Assembly: GCA_017411605.1 (NCBI GenBank) | Contig: JAFQPR010000090.1 | Coordinates: forward strand, 3,761-67,760 | Reading direction: 5' to 3' | Source of the DNA: Clostridia bacterium | GTDB taxonomy: Bacteria; Bacillota; Clostridia; Oscillospirales; CAG-272 | DNA length: 64,000 nt | Shown: positions 63,445 through 64,000 of the stretch, piece by piece | How the letters are laid out: each line of letters starts with the position of its first letter | Position numbering within the stretch: the first letter of the stretch is position 1 | The notes under the pieces: model-generated | Told to the model about the DNA's origin: nothing | Seen by the model: only the letters and a program-made list of their open reading frames with translations | Database searches by the model: none | Translations under genes and position numbers: made by a program

Positions 63445-63495
63445 ATCCCTATACAGATGCGATAATTCAACTTAATCTGTATAGGGATTTTATTT
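63445..63495 (+). terminator. Intrinsic terminator of the GH95 gene
   Basis: ATCCCTATACAGAT, a 16-nt loop, ATCTGTATAGGGAT, then TTTATTT. Confidence 0.75.
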
Positions 63496-63620
63496 AGATA
63501 TTTTATTCGGATATTTTGTTTAGAATTTTAGTTTTTTGGGATATGCGAAGAAAGACCGATTCGAATACATTTTAATCTGCATATTTTTCACTATAATGCA
63601 CTTAAGACCCTCGTAATATC

Positions 63621-64000
63621 CTATTTACGAATATTGATAATCTTATACCCCGAGGTGGTCAAGAGCCAATACGCCTCATCGAGAAGCTGATAGTCATACT
63701 TTATAACGTCGCAATCAGCCTCGGGTCTTCCGTCACGCTCCGCTACCATACGGCGGAAGGTGACAAGACCGTCAAAGGTGGTAAGATTTCCGTGCTTACG
63801 GGTTTTATAGCTCTTTCCGTTGGTGAATTTACGCCTTCCGTCGGGAAGAGTCACGGTTTCGCTCTTAATCTCCTCAAGCGTTGCGGGAACGGTACCGCGG
63901 CTGAGCATAAAGGAGTTCCATCTCTGGTGCTCGTGTACCGCAAGGTTGCGCCTTCTTGATTTCGGGAAATCGAGGGTGTATGCCACCGTCGGCTTACCCT
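63621..64000 (-). CDS. Hypothetical protein; the N-terminus probably lies beyond the right window edge
   Basis: The ORF-track start at 63986 is a GTG, and the frame stays open to position 64000. No family recognised with confidence. Confidence 0.4.
   Translation of the reverse strand, partial: GKPTVAYTLDFPKSRRRNLAVHEHQRWNSFMLSRGTVPATLEEIKSETVTLPDGRRKFTNGKSYKTRKHGNLTTFDGLVTFRRMVAERDGRPEADCDVIKYDYQLLDEAYWLLTTSGYKIINIRK

Noticed and set aside
63621-64000. HEHQRWNSFMLSRG motif suggesting a RyR-type domain
   Set aside because: The resemblance rests on a few residues and the protein is truncated by the window edge. It is left as hypothetical.

Overview
The window is densely coding and almost entirely minus-strand; only two genes (56334-57296 and 61106-63439) are on the plus strand. 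Strong AGGAGG-type Shine-Dalgarno sites, lipobox lipoproteins, Listeria/Bacteroides (Flg_new) repeats and a SCIFF ranthipeptide cassette suggest an anaerobic Firmicutes/Clostridia-type genome. That taxonomic call is inference only. All family calls come from motifs read by eye, because no homology search could be run.

Contents, left to right:
- 1-4654: a giant Cys-rich secreted surface protein. It is truncated by the left edge, so it is missing from the ORF track.
- 4733-6622: a small Cys protein and a dual-HTH LuxR-type regulator. The regulator has a consensus promoter followed by three 16-bp palindromes spaced exactly 33 bp apart.
- 6674-9722: an FAD oxidoreductase and a CrtC/AttH-like protein.
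- 9797-34925: a 25-kb, 15-gene, translationally coupled operon. This is the main candidate for an undescribed system.
- 35247-37020: an APC permease and an XRE regulator.
- 37180-43388: two more giant Cys-rich lipoproteins.
- 43889-53359: a MoxR / DUF58 / vWA (Bat-like) operon ending in a lipoprotein.
- 53582-56026: a second soluble VirD4/TraG-like ATPase with a helical partner.
- 56334-57296: a Gfo/Idh/MocA oxidoreductase.
- 57455-60927: XRE regulator, PLP decarboxylase, SCIFF maturase, and a 50-aa SCIFF precursor that is too short for the ORF track.
- 61106-63439: a GH95 fucosidase.
- 63621-64000: an edge-truncated ORF.

The 9797-34925 operon combines:
- a transglutaminase-like peptidase core
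- an Hsp100/ClpB-D2-type AAA+ ATPase
- an NrdG-type radical-SAM activase with no glycyl-radical partner in the operon
- a G1-G5 GTPase
- tail-anchored membrane proteins
- a GLUG-repeat protein
- a 1784-aa lipoprotein
- a DUF2225-type zinc ribbon protein
- an HExxH zincin
- a soluble VirD4/TraG-like ATPase together with its degenerate, membrane-anchored paralog
- several proteins I cannot place in any family

No rRNA, tRNA, CRISPR array, transposase or integrase was seen.
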